Source: an uncultured Thermoplasmata archaeon (GTDB lineage Archaea; Thermoplasmatota; Thermoplasmata; UBA10834). From it: a stretch of DNA of 41,977 nt. Positions within the stretch are counted from its first letter, which is position 1. Each line of letters begins with the position of its first letter. Under the pieces are notes generated by a model. It searched no databases and was not told the origin of the DNA. It worked only from the letters and a program-made list of their open reading frames with translations. Below are positions 17,489 to 25,906 of the stretch, piece by piece. The DNA is taken from assembly GCA_964535775.1 (NCBI GenBank), contig CAZHTV010000002.1:1-41977 (forward strand), given 5' to 3'. The position numbers were made by a program, and so were the translations under genes.

Positions 17489-18760
17489 TCAGATCTTGAA
17501 CCGGTCGAGCACCCTCTCGTAGAGGGCGAAGTCCTCCGATTTGGAGAACCGGTCGATCGACTCCTCGGGCAACTGGCCGAGCATCTGGTCCAGCACCTTC
17601 AGCAGTTTCTTCAGGTCCTCGTCCACGATGGAGGCCTCCTCGATGTCAGTCTGGACCTTGATCTTCTCCATGATCAGGGCAGTCAGTTGCTCCTCCACAT
17701 GTGATATGGCCTCATCGAGATCGACCTCGGCTGCCTCGATCTCCTCCTTGGCGGTCTCCTTGCCGGTGCGGTGGAACTCGATTGTCGATTTGAGCACAAG
17801 CAGCTTCTTAGCCACGGACTTCTTCGTATCCTCCCACTCAGCTGCAGCGGACTCTCTCTCGGGTTCGGTCCGAGCGCCTTCGATCTGGGCCCTGAGCCTC
17901 TCCAGCCCCTCTCGGTCGGCCTCGAGCTTCGAAAGCCTTGCTTGGAGAGCAGCTTCTGCCCCATCGAGCTGCTTCTTCTTCTGCGCATAGGCCTGGATCT
18001 TTCGGTCGACCATCTCCTCGCGTTTGACCAGCTGCACCTCCCTGTTCCTGAGCTCGTCGACCTCCTTCTCTTTGGCGTCCAGCTTCTTCCTGAGCGCGCG
18101 CGCGGCGAGACCACGCTCCCTGACTGGAGCGCTCACATCGGCCGATTCGAGCAGGGAGGATATCTCGTCCGAAAGAGCGTCCATGTGAGCCTGAAGCATC
18201 GTTATGTCCGCCATCTCGTCAGCGAGCGACATGATCTCTGCCTCTATCTGTTGGGCGGCCGCGGCGCTGTCATGCACTTCAGATATCTGGGCCAGCCTGG
18301 ACTTCTGCTGCTCCAGTCTCTCCTCCATGCGGTCCAACATCTCGGACCTGTTCGCGGTCAGCTCGTTGATGCTCTGTTTGAGCTCGGCCAGCTTGCGAAG
18401 GCGCTCGATCTCGGGAGCGGCCCGTACTGCTGGCTCTGACGCCACAGCTCCCGTCTCAGATACTTGCTTCTCTGTCGCCTCGGGGCCCTTGCCACTCCAT
18501 TCCAGAAGCTTCATGAGGAATCGGTCGTCCTCCGCCTGTTCGACTGGCTTCACAGTCCTGACCTTGAACCTGAGACCGCATGTGGGGCACTGAGGATCGC
18601 CAAGAGCCATCACGGTCTTGCACTTCGGGCATGCGAAGGCCTTGACCTCCTCGGTGAGCTCAGAAAGACATCCCTCGCACCGTCTGGCGTCCCGCTCCAC
18701 CATCTGATGGCATGCCAGACAGTAGGCTTCTCCTGACCGGGTAATCCCTTTGGAGGCCAT
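17489..18760 (-). CDS. Double zinc-ribbon + coiled-coil protein, function unknown
   Basis: 423 aa. There are two N-terminal C-x2-C-x10-C-x2-C ribbons (CLACHQMVERDARRCEGC and CPKCKTVMALGDPQCPTC), then ~300 aa of coiled-coil-like sequence and a C-terminal motif LLKVLDQMLGQLPEESIDRFSKSEDFALYERVLDRF. Confidence 0.65.
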   Translation of the reverse strand: MASKGITRSGEAYCLACHQMVERDARRCEGCLSELTEEVKAFACPKCKTVMALGDPQCPTCGLRFKVRTVKPVEQAEDDRFLMKLLEWSGKGPEATEKQVSETGAVASEPAVRAAPEIERLRKLAELKQSINELTANRSEMLDRMEERLEQQKSRLAQISEVHDSAAAAQQIEAEIMSLADEMADITMLQAHMDALSDEISSLLESADVSAPVRERGLAARALRKKLDAKEKEVDELRNREVQLVKREEMVDRKIQAYAQKKKQLDGAEAALQARLSKLEADREGLERLRAQIEGARTEPERESAAAEWEDTKKSVAKKLLVLKSTIEFHRTGKETAKEEIEAAEVDLDEAISHVEEQLTALIMEKIKVQTDIEEASIVDEDLKKLLKVLDQMLGQLPEESIDRFSKSEDFALYERVLDRFKI

Positions 18761-18842
18761 GGGTCTACATCTCCTGAGCGGGGGTGATGTCGAAGGGTTT
18801 TGTTTTACCTTGAACGGATTGGAAGGTCCAGCAGGTCGATGG

Positions 18843-19361
18843 CTACTGATACTTCTCGAAGGTCACGAGCTCCTCGATGTTCTTCCTCGGGGTCTTGTCC
18901 GGGGTCTCGTCTGGATATCCGAGGGGGGTGAGCGCTATCACGCGGACGTCCTCGGGAATGCCGAGTATCTCCCTTACCTTGTCCTCCTTGAACCATGCGA
19001 TCCAACAGGTGCCCAAGCCCAGTGCGTGGGCCGCCAGTGTCAGATGATCCAGGGCTATGGTGGCATCCATCACGTGGCTGCTCATGTACCCGCCGACCGT
19101 CTGGAATGCCTCGTCAGGCAGCCCGCATGCGACAAGCACCAGGGGCGCCTGCGCGATGAACTTCTGGCCGTTGGAGGCCGCGGCGAGCCTGACCTTGATC
19201 TGCTCATCCCTCACGACCACCATCTTCCATGGCTGGGCATTGTCCGCGGATGGGGCCAGGCGAGCGGCGTTGAGGACCTCCTTCAGCACTGATTCCGGGA
19301 CAGGAGCCGGTTTGTACCTCCTTATGCTCCTTCTAGTCCTGATGGCATCCATCAAGTCCAT
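18843..19361 (-). CDS. Nitroreductase family protein
   Basis: 172 aa. The translation reads IRTRRSIRRYKPAPVPESVLKEVLNAARLAPSADNAQPWKMVVV. Confidence 0.85.
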   Translation of the reverse strand: MDLMDAIRTRRSIRRYKPAPVPESVLKEVLNAARLAPSADNAQPWKMVVVRDEQIKVRLAAASNGQKFIAQAPLVLVACGLPDEAFQTVGGYMSSHVMDATIALDHLTLAAHALGLGTCWIAWFKEDKVREILGIPEDVRVIALTPLGYPDETPDKTPRKNIEELVTFEKYQ

Positions 19362-19479
19362 TGGGTCACTGGGGCGCTAAACGGTCGGACGGAGTATTAA
19401 CCTTTGCCGGTGTTTCTCGGAGTTGATAAGTATCACACCAGCTGGCTGTCGAAAGTCCTCCGACCACAGGCTGAGATCA

Positions 19480-19875
19480 TCACTCGTTGAGTTTGACGAG
19501 GGTCGAAGTACGTATGACGCCCGGGAAGGCCCGGATCTCGTCCACCTTCTTGTTCAGCTCGTCCAACGAGTCGGCCCTCAACTTGGCGGCCACATCGAAC
19601 TCCCCCGTGCACTCGAACACGCTCTCGGACATCTGTCTGGCCTTCTCCTTCACTGCTGCCGTCATGCCGACGTTCGTGTCGATGAGCACGATGCCCTCGA
19701 CGCCCACTGGCGCTGTCTCGATTGTGAACTTCTTTACCGTGCCCTCACGGGTCAGTTTCTCGATCCTGGCCCTGACGGCCCTCTCGGTGAGGTTGACCCG
19801 TCTGGCGATCTCCGTATTCTTCATCCTGGAGTTCTGCCTGAGCAGGCTCAGGATCTTGATGTCGGTCTCATCCAT
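19480..19875 (-). CDS. Lrp/AsnC family transcriptional regulator
   Basis: From the ATG at 19875 (MDETDIKILSLLRQNSRMKNTEIARRVNLTERAVRARIEKL). It has an HTH followed by an RAM-like C-terminus. An AT-rich TATA-like sequence lies 25-35 nt upstream. Confidence 0.85.
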   Translation of the reverse strand: MDETDIKILSLLRQNSRMKNTEIARRVNLTERAVRARIEKLTREGTVKKFTIETAPVGVEGIVLIDTNVGMTAAVKEKARQMSESVFECTGEFDVAAKLRADSLDELNKKVDEIRAFPGVIRTSTLVKLNE

Positions 19876-19921
19876 GGAAGGCACGTATTACTGTTCCTAT
19901 TATCGTACCTTTCGATGGTTT

Positions 19922-20239
19922 CTATTCTTTCCTGTCCCTCCAAGCGGGCATCTCGGCCAACTTCTGCCTCGCCGCCCTCTCTGCCCCAGGCCTGTCCATC
20001 TTCATCTCCTGCATATAGTGCCTGGTAACGAGCCGCTCGAAGACCTCCTCGTAGCTCTTCAGATGCCCATGCTGGTCCGAACAGCCGGGACATATGTCCG
20101 CGATCTCGGATGCGACCTCGCGCTGGGTCCTCTTCATGGGCAGTCCGCAGCTCATGCACCCGACGACATCCTTGAGCTCCTCCCTGGCCTCACTAGCAGT
20201 GTGGCGTTTGTGCTTCAGTTTCTTTGGCATCTTTCTCAT
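19922..20239 (-). CDS. Small zinc-ribbon protein (resembles the 'putative zinc ribbon' Zn_ribbon_2 family)
   Basis: 105 aa. It has a C-x2-C-x18-C-x2-C ribbon (CMSCGLPM...ICPGC), then SYEEVFERL...M...AE...LAEMPAW, as in that family. This is from motif recall only. Confidence 0.55.
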   Translation of the reverse strand: MRKMPKKLKHKRHTASEAREELKDVVGCMSCGLPMKRTQREVASEIADICPGCSDQHGHLKSYEEVFERLVTRHYMQEMKMDRPGAERAARQKLAEMPAWRDRKE

Positions 20240-20418
20240 CCTCCCGAGACATCAACAGCTCGCACGTCGTGAGTAGTTGTTGACGTACATGTCATGCTCC
20301 TAAGGGGCCCCGGCCTCCGTGGTGAAGGCTTTATCTGCGAACAGTCATCGACCTTACGCCGGAGGGAGAATCCACGGACGAGAGAGGGTTCAGGTCTTTC
20401 CTAGGAGAGGGCAAGCGG

Positions 20419-21459
20419 GTGCCGAAGGGTCTCAAGGAAGATGTCATCCGGGACAACGTGAGGCTCGCCAAGCAGTTCGAAGAGTTCCTCGCGAAGACAT
20501 CCCCGCGACGGTCGGCAGTGAATGCCACTGACAACGACGTCAGGCTCTTCATCAAGCACCTTGCGAAGAGCGGGGATAACAGATTCGACAAGCTCATCGG
20601 ACTGCTGAGGTACTCGAGGTTCATCGGAAACAGAGCCATGGAGCTGGAACTCCTCGTCACGCTCGACGGCGTCGATGTCCTGGGCAAGCTCGTTGAGGCC
20701 GCCAAGGGACATCTCGGGAAGAAGGACCACGAGAGGATGTTCGCGGGGTTTGAGACTCCCTCGCTGGGCACGCCCCACAAGGAGATGCCAGCGTTCACGC
20801 AGGAGTTCATGAGTCGGTTGATGAAAGGGACCGATCGAGAGACATGGAGGGCGATACTCCTCACCGGCGTCCATGCAGGTCCCCCCGAGGCGTACGCTGA
20901 AGAGAAGGAGATGCTCCGAGGATCGAAGGACGTCGATGAGTATCTCGCGAAGAGAAGGCAGCAACTGATCGACCTGCTGGAAGAGCACTTCAGAAGCGGG
21001 ACCCTATTCTACACTCAGGAGATAGACGACCTGTCGTTGGAGTTCGTTCGCAACGACCCTGAGGTTGCCGGCGGGGTTCGGAAAGGGGACAGCATATACC
21101 AGACCAAGGTCCCCTACATGATGAAGGAGTATCTTCGCGAGAAGGACCCCACGATGAGGCGATACTACTACTGCCACTGCCCCCTTGCCAGGGAATCGAT
21201 TCTCACAGGGGCCACGATACCGCGTGACTTCTGCTATTGCAGCGCAGGCTATGAAAAGATGCCCTACGAGGTGGCGTTCGGCGTCCCGGTCAAGACCACG
21301 GTGCTCAAGTCGGTGTTGTGGGGGGACGACGTGTGCAGGTTCAGGATGGAAATACCTGAGGAGTATCGCATCAAGGCAAAGAGCCGGAACAGGCCGACTC
21401 GTAGCCGGAAGAAGCCGAAGAAGAAACGGTACCGGAAGCAATCCAGTCGCCGAGAGTGA
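20419..21459 (+). CDS. Hypothetical protein with a Cys-rich C-terminal module and a highly basic tail
   Basis: 346 aa with a GTG start and GGAGAGGG upstream. The C-terminal pattern is YYCHCPLAR...FCYCSAGYEK...VLWGDDVCRFRMEI, followed by KAKSRNRPTRSRKKPKKKRYRKQSSRRE. Confidence 0.55.
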   Translation: MPKGLKEDVIRDNVRLAKQFEEFLAKTSPRRSAVNATDNDVRLFIKHLAKSGDNRFDKLIGLLRYSRFIGNRAMELELLVTLDGVDVLGKLVEAAKGHLGKKDHERMFAGFETPSLGTPHKEMPAFTQEFMSRLMKGTDRETWRAILLTGVHAGPPEAYAEEKEMLRGSKDVDEYLAKRRQQLIDLLEEHFRSGTLFYTQEIDDLSLEFVRNDPEVAGGVRKGDSIYQTKVPYMMKEYLREKDPTMRRYYYCHCPLARESILTGATIPRDFCYCSAGYEKMPYEVAFGVPVKTTVLKSVLWGDDVCRFRMEIPEEYRIKAKSRNRPTRSRKKPKKKRYRKQSSRRE

Positions 21460-21515
21460 CGGGAATCGCTCTCTTTCCAAGCCTGGAGAAGAGCGTTGTG
21501 CGTCAGGAGCTTCCC

Positions 21516-22508
21516 TCACACTGCGTACGTCAAGACTCCGCTCGCGCTGCAGAAGACCCAGTACGCCTGTCCCACCGTCAGTTCGAAGTCCGTTGACAGA
21601 TCGAACACATAGAAGGGCTCGTACAGCCCAGCGTCATATGCGACCACTGCCATTATGCCGCCGGGCTCGCTATACATCGCGGGTACGTCGCTAGCGCGTC
21701 TGGTCGAGTTGAATCCCAGGAAGCCCAGGGCGACCCAGCCGCCTTGTGCAGGCACAGCGCACTGCACATGCTGCGTCGATGGAGGAGCTGTCCCGGATAT
21801 GACCAGGCTTCTCGCCGTGCTCGAATGAATCCAGTAGCCCACGCTCGGTTCCAATGCGAAGTCCGCGCTCTCCGGAGATATTCCGACGACGTAGGCACCA
21901 TCATAGCTCTGAGCGGAGGAGTCCCACCCGAAGATGGCATCGCCGAAGGCCAGACCCAGATTGCTTGCGAAGTAGTCGCATCTCGCCAGTGGAAGCGATA
22001 TGAAGTTCCAGCCTGCGACGAGTTCGGACTCGGAGGCCGTCTCCTCACCAATCGATATCAGCGTGGAATCCCCGGCCACAGGCGGATCTCCCTGATTGTA
22101 TCCCGCGACAAATCCCCATATCGTGTAGTCTCCAGGCACAGGGACATCCTCGCCATTGTCATCCTTCTGGTCCCAGGTGTAGTGGAAGTTCACGGTTGGC
22201 GGAGCGCCCAGATATGTCGGAATCTGCGCCCAGTACCAGTGCTTCCTCAGGTCATAGACGACTTCTCCTGACGCATTCTCAACGACGAAAAATGATTGGC
22301 AAGCCGAGCTGAAGCTGGCAGACAACGGTCCAACCACGGACACATTAACCTGCACCGCGTCTCCCGCGACGTACGCTTCCCTATCCGTGGTTACAATCAC
22401 TGGCTCTTCCCAAGTTGCTGAGTAGTTCACCGGCACCAGTGAAATGGAGGCCAGCATTACCACCAGGGCCGCCAGCAGCGAGGGGAGCCTCCCCGCGCCG
22501 ATCATCAC
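21516..22508 (-). CDS. Secreted or membrane-anchored hypothetical protein
   Basis: 330 aa. The N-terminal hydrophobic signal/anchor is RLPSLLAALVVMLASISLV. A GGAGG SD and a TATA-like box lie upstream. The rest is rich in beta-strand-like sequence, with GWNFISLPL and GQAYWVF motifs. Confidence 0.6.
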   Translation of the reverse strand: MMIGAGRLPSLLAALVVMLASISLVPVNYSATWEEPVIVTTDREAYVAGDAVQVNVSVVGPLSASFSSACQSFFVVENASGEVVYDLRKHWYWAQIPTYLGAPPTVNFHYTWDQKDDNGEDVPVPGDYTIWGFVAGYNQGDPPVAGDSTLISIGEETASESELVAGWNFISLPLARCDYFASNLGLAFGDAIFGWDSSAQSYDGAYVVGISPESADFALEPSVGYWIHSSTARSLVISGTAPPSTQHVQCAVPAQGGWVALGFLGFNSTRRASDVPAMYSEPGGIMAVVAYDAGLYEPFYVFDLSTDFELTVGQAYWVFCSASGVLTYAV

Positions 22509-22540
22509 TCATTCCTCCAATAGTCAAGTTGCACTTCCGC

Positions 22541-22553
22541 TAGATAAATGTTT
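22541..22553 (-). promoter_or_regulatory. Candidate BRE/TATA for the secreted-protein gene
   Basis: The minus strand reads AAACATTTATCTA, 33 nt upstream of the ATG at 22508. Confidence 0.45.
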
Positions 22554-22715
22554 CATTCCTCGAGGGTGGCAACTGAAGTAGAGTAGGCATGATGCGCTGC
22601 CGACCAGGATCGGCCCTGCGGTTGGCGAAACCCAACTGGGCGCAATCGAGGACTGTCTGCCCAGATAAGAGTGCAGAGGGAGACTTGCCGACTTCAACCG
22701 CACAAGGAGTGAGAG

Positions 22716-22790
22716 TGGGCCCAACCGGATTCGGACCGGTGACCTCCCGGTTATCAGCCGGGTGCTCCAACCATGCTAAGCTATGGGCCC
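22716..22790 (-). tRNA. tRNA-Ile (anticodon GAU)
   Basis: The reverse complement folds by hand into a cloverleaf: acceptor GGGCCCA/TGGGCCC, anticodon stem CCCGG/CCGGG with loop CUGAUAA, T arm ACCGG-TCCGAAT-CCGGT, discriminator A. There is no encoded CCA and no intron. Confidence 0.9.
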
Positions 22791-22854
22791 GTTAGGCTCT
22801 TGCGCAATACAGTGATGTGGATTAAATACTTTGCATAATGCACGTCTGACCCAG

Positions 22855-23922
22855 TCAACTCTTTAGCCGGAGCCGCGCGTACTCCCCCGCGCACGGCTTG
22901 CCCTTCACGACATGCGCCTCGAGCGCTGTCAAATCATATATCACTGAGAATATCGTCTCCGAGACGTCGAGAGGGTGCTTTCCCGGGTCAGCATGCCTGC
23001 AGATCGAACAGGGCTTGTTCACATGATCTCGCAGTATCTGCTTCAGCGATTCGGGCGTGACATCCCCCAGTTGATCTTCCAGGAGCCGAAGGGCTCTGTT
23101 GTACCTGAATCTCGAACAAGAGAGCGAATCCGGGTCCGACTCGAACCGCTCCATCTTGGGAGCGACGTAGTGGTTCGTGTGGACCATATATCCGTCGATA
23201 CCATACAAGTGGGCGCAGTCGGTAGCGGACCCCTCGAGCGAATACATCTCCCCGCTTCTGTCGGCAACTATGTTGTTGTAGCTCGATGCGCGCCCTGCTG
23301 GCATTGCATGTTCAATCGCCTCACCTATCCGTCTTGCCTCGAAAACCTTGCGCACGGGGAATATCCTGGGAACACCCAAACGCATATCGTTGGGGGAGAG
23401 CGCATTGCCAGTGAGGCTGACCCCAGAACTGTTCATCCCGCACGATGGAAGTATGCCTGCATAGGCTGTCGCGAAGAACTCCGGCTTGCCTTTCGGTTTT
23501 GCGTGCAGCAGCACCACCGTCTCCAGCGCATCGAAGGACCAATCCTCGTTGTGCGCGGCGAGTACTTTCCCGTCTCTGGAGACGTCTGCATTGACCACCA
23601 GGTCCGTGCAGCCCTTGAAACCCTGTTCTGACAGCAGCTCGTGACAGCAAAACGCGAACACGTCCTCGAAAGGCAGCCTGGCGCCCTCCGCATAACCCCG
23701 AAGCTCCTCGACGTAGTCCCCATAGAAGTCCTCCCCGAACGGGACATAGAACCGCGATCGAGCGACAGCCTCCGTCCAGCTCTTCCCCGTGTAGTGTAGT
23801 ATCGAGTCGGCTATGCTCTTCCTGTACTTGACCGCCCTCGCGGCGCACTTCCTGCCGACGGCCCTGCCCAGCTCGTAGGGCCTTCCAGACGCTTCGACAA
23901 CCGGGAGCGTTATCGTCCTCAT
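22855..23922 (-). CDS. Peptidase C45 / acyl-CoA:6-aminopenicillanic-acid acyltransferase-like Ntn hydrolase
   Basis: The translation has GRPYELGRAVG, a putative Gly-Cys autoprocessing site (FKGCTDLV), AAHNEDW and SSYNNIV. I chose the ATG at 23922 because a TATA-like GGTTATTTAGAC (23951-23962, minus strand) lies just upstream. Confidence 0.75.
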   Translation of the reverse strand: MRTITLPVVEASGRPYELGRAVGRKCAARAVKYRKSIADSILHYTGKSWTEAVARSRFYVPFGEDFYGDYVEELRGYAEGARLPFEDVFAFCCHELLSEQGFKGCTDLVVNADVSRDGKVLAAHNEDWSFDALETVVLLHAKPKGKPEFFATAYAGILPSCGMNSSGVSLTGNALSPNDMRLGVPRIFPVRKVFEARRIGEAIEHAMPAGRASSYNNIVADRSGEMYSLEGSATDCAHLYGIDGYMVHTNHYVAPKMERFESDPDSLSCSRFRYNRALRLLEDQLGDVTPESLKQILRDHVNKPCSICRHADPGKHPLDVSETIFSVIYDLTALEAHVVKGKPCAGEYARLRLKS

Positions 23923-23982
23923 CCTGACCGAAAACACCGAAGCGCGTTTCTGTCTAAATAACCTAGTGAGGGCCGAAATCGG

Positions 23983-24813
23983 CTACCTGGCGAACTGGGT
24001 GAACGCCTGGAGTGCGCGCATCGAGTTCTTCGGTATCTTCTTGCTGGAATCCACAGACAAACCCGTCTCGGATATCGTGATCGGTCTTGGAACCGTGTCA
24101 TGAGCCGATCCGCGGAACTTCTCGACCGTGATCCACCTATCGATCTTGTTCGAGACCAGCCGCTTGTGGAGCCGGACCTCGCCCCTGCATATGAATATCT
24201 CGGCCTCCAGCTCGGTGGGGTCGGGCAGGTCCGTGATGACAAGGGCTGTCACGCACGACTCCGATATGAAGCGCAGCAGCGACATGATGGGCGAGGACTG
24301 GTCATCCATCGTCTCGGAGAGCTTCCTGAGCGAAGTGAGCGAATCTATGACCAGACGGTCATAGCGCGCATCCTGGAACTCCTGCTTGAGCATCAGCTGC
24401 AACGACTGGATAGATATCTCCGGTGCGGCCTGCTTTATCGCCTCCGCCCTGCCACCGCCACCCATCTCTCTCAGAACCCCGACGGTCCTCTGCGCGGCAA
24501 CCTCCACAAGCGAGACCCTCTTGCTGAACGCCTTGGCGGCGGGGTGCACGTCCAATATCCTTATCTTCCCCACATCCCAGCCCAGCGCGCGGAAGTTCTC
24601 CCTGATCTCCGTCGGGGGCTCATCGACGGCGACCAGGAGAGACCGCTCGCCGGCCTTCACGCCTTGGTGCAGGAACTGGATCCCCAGAGTGGTCTTGCCG
24701 CTGCCTGTCGTCCCCGACACGACATACGGCCTGCCGACGATCAGCCCTCCCCTCAGCATCTCGTCCAGACCTTCTATGCCCGTGCTCATCCTGCCCTCGC
24801 GTGCCCCGCTCAT
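23983..24813 (-). CDS. Single-domain KaiC-like / RecA-superfamily ATPase
   Basis: 276 aa. It has GIEGLDEMLRGGL, Walker A GTTGSGKTT and Walker B LVIDSLTS. Its ATG overlaps the upstream gene's TGA (ATGA at 24810-24813). Confidence 0.8.
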   Translation of the reverse strand: MSGAREGRMSTGIEGLDEMLRGGLIVGRPYVVSGTTGSGKTTLGIQFLHQGVKAGERSLLVAVDEPPTEIRENFRALGWDVGKIRILDVHPAAKAFSKRVSLVEVAAQRTVGVLREMGGGGRAEAIKQAAPEISIQSLQLMLKQEFQDARYDRLVIDSLTSLRKLSETMDDQSSPIMSLLRFISESCVTALVITDLPDPTELEAEIFICRGEVRLHKRLVSNKIDRWITVEKFRGSAHDTVPRPITISETGLSVDSSKKIPKNSMRALQAFTQFAR

Positions 24814-25760
24814 ATGCCACCCCCGGAATGTGGGTCAGGATTTCCCTGTCCCGCGGGCGACTCGGCCGACTGCTCTGGAGGCTTCTCGGCGGAGCCGGCC
24901 TCCGGCGGCTCGGGCACTTCGTCAGGAGGCGGCGGAGGCTCTTCCTCCCCTTTGCCCTCAGAATGCGCCTTCGCATGGATAGCTGACCTCTTCTTCTCCT
25001 GGGCCGCGCTCTTGACAACGAGCCCCCCGGACCCTATTTTGACCATGCGCAGGGTGTGGTCGTGAGTCGAGCCTCTGTATTTCTCGACTGTGACACCCCT
25101 CATCAGCCCGCGTCCGTCGACCCACTTGTGGAGCCTGATCTCCCCTCGGGCCATATGCATCTCAACGTCCGGCTTGGAGACCTCGGGGAGATGCACGGTC
25201 AGGAGACACGTGACGCCGAGGTCCGAGAGCAGCCTCAGGAAAGATATCAGGTTCGCGCTCTCCTCACTGGTCCGAATGTAGAAGTACCTCAGAGATGTAA
25301 GGGAGTCCACGACCACACGTGAGTATTTCCGGACCTTCATCTCCTGTCTGAGGAGCTCCTGGATCGTGTTGACGGTCATGTCCACGGGGCTCCGTTCCGA
25401 AGTCTGGCGTATGCCCTTCGGCAGGTCCTTGAAGTAGACCACCCTTCTCTCGGTGGACACGTCCCTGACCGGGGTCTTGTCATAGCTCATCACGTCCGGG
25501 GTCGCATCGAATACCTGGATGCGGCCGATGTCCCAACCGTAGGAGAGCATGTTGCTGCTGACTTCATTGGGCGGCTCGTCCAGGGAGACGTAGATGGTCC
25601 TCTCGCCTGCCTTGGAGCCCTCGAGAAGGAACTGCATGGCGAGCGTTGTCTTGCCCGTGCCTGAGGTGCCGGACACGAGGTACACTCTCCCTGGGATGAG
25701 CCCGCCATACAGCATCTCGTCAAGGCCAGGCACCCCGGTCTTGACTTTGTCCTTGATCAT
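24810..25760 (-). CDS. Single-domain KaiC-like / RecA-superfamily ATPase with an acidic Pro/Glu-rich C-terminal tail
   Basis: From the ATG at 25760 (MIKDKVKTGVPGLDEMLYGGL). It has Walker A GTSGTGKTT and Walker B VVVDSLTS, with a ~65-aa low-complexity tail (EEEPPPPPDEVPEPPEAGSAEKPPEQ...). The 44 upstream codons of the track ORF are taken as spurious. Confidence 0.8.
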   Translation of the reverse strand: MIKDKVKTGVPGLDEMLYGGLIPGRVYLVSGTSGTGKTTLAMQFLLEGSKAGERTIYVSLDEPPNEVSSNMLSYGWDIGRIQVFDATPDVMSYDKTPVRDVSTERRVVYFKDLPKGIRQTSERSPVDMTVNTIQELLRQEMKVRKYSRVVVDSLTSLRYFYIRTSEESANLISFLRLLSDLGVTCLLTVHLPEVSKPDVEMHMARGEIRLHKWVDGRGLMRGVTVEKYRGSTHDHTLRMVKIGSGGLVVKSAAQEKKRSAIHAKAHSEGKGEEEPPPPPDEVPEPPEAGSAEKPPEQSAESPAGQGNPDPHSGGGI

Positions 25761-25843
25761 CTGACGCCACCAATCATGCGATGCCTGGAGTTCACACGGC
25801 CTGGCACTTGATTCAGATTGGATATGCTTATATTTTTGCCTGC

Positions 25844-25891
25844 GATGGCCATGCCCTGTAACTGTGGCCATCGAACAGTCACAAGTGGCCA
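25844..25891. promoter_or_regulatory. Candidate operator: three palindromic TGGCCA hexamers, the first two within an 8-bp inverted repeat
   Basis: GATGGCCA (25844-25851) and TGGCCATC (25865-25872) are perfect reverse complements. A third TGGCCA lies at 25886-25891. Spacings are 19 and 21 bp. The sites lie between an AT-rich TATA-like GCTTATATTTTTGC (~25826-25839) and the MFS start at 25907. Confidence 0.3.
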
Positions 25892-25906
25892 ATCAGGAGT
25901 ACACCT

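Noticed and set aside
12465-17522. Many Ser/Ala/Phe-rich plus-strand ORFs (e.g. 13065-13607, 14235-14759, 15771-16415)
   Set aside because: They are the reverse-complement reading of the GAG/AAG/CTC-rich coiled-coil gene. Their Ser-rich low complexity is the expected mirror artefact.
24100-25065. 321-aa plus-strand ORF across the KaiC-like gene junction
   Set aside because: It is antisense to both ATPase genes and is Arg/Pro/Leu-rich with no motifs.
25761-25892. N-terminal 44-codon extension of the KaiC-like ORF (MATCDCSMATVTGHGH...)
   Set aside because: Homology to the paralogue begins at MIKDKVKTGVPGLDEM. The extension runs through the TATA-like element and the palindromes of the intergenic region.
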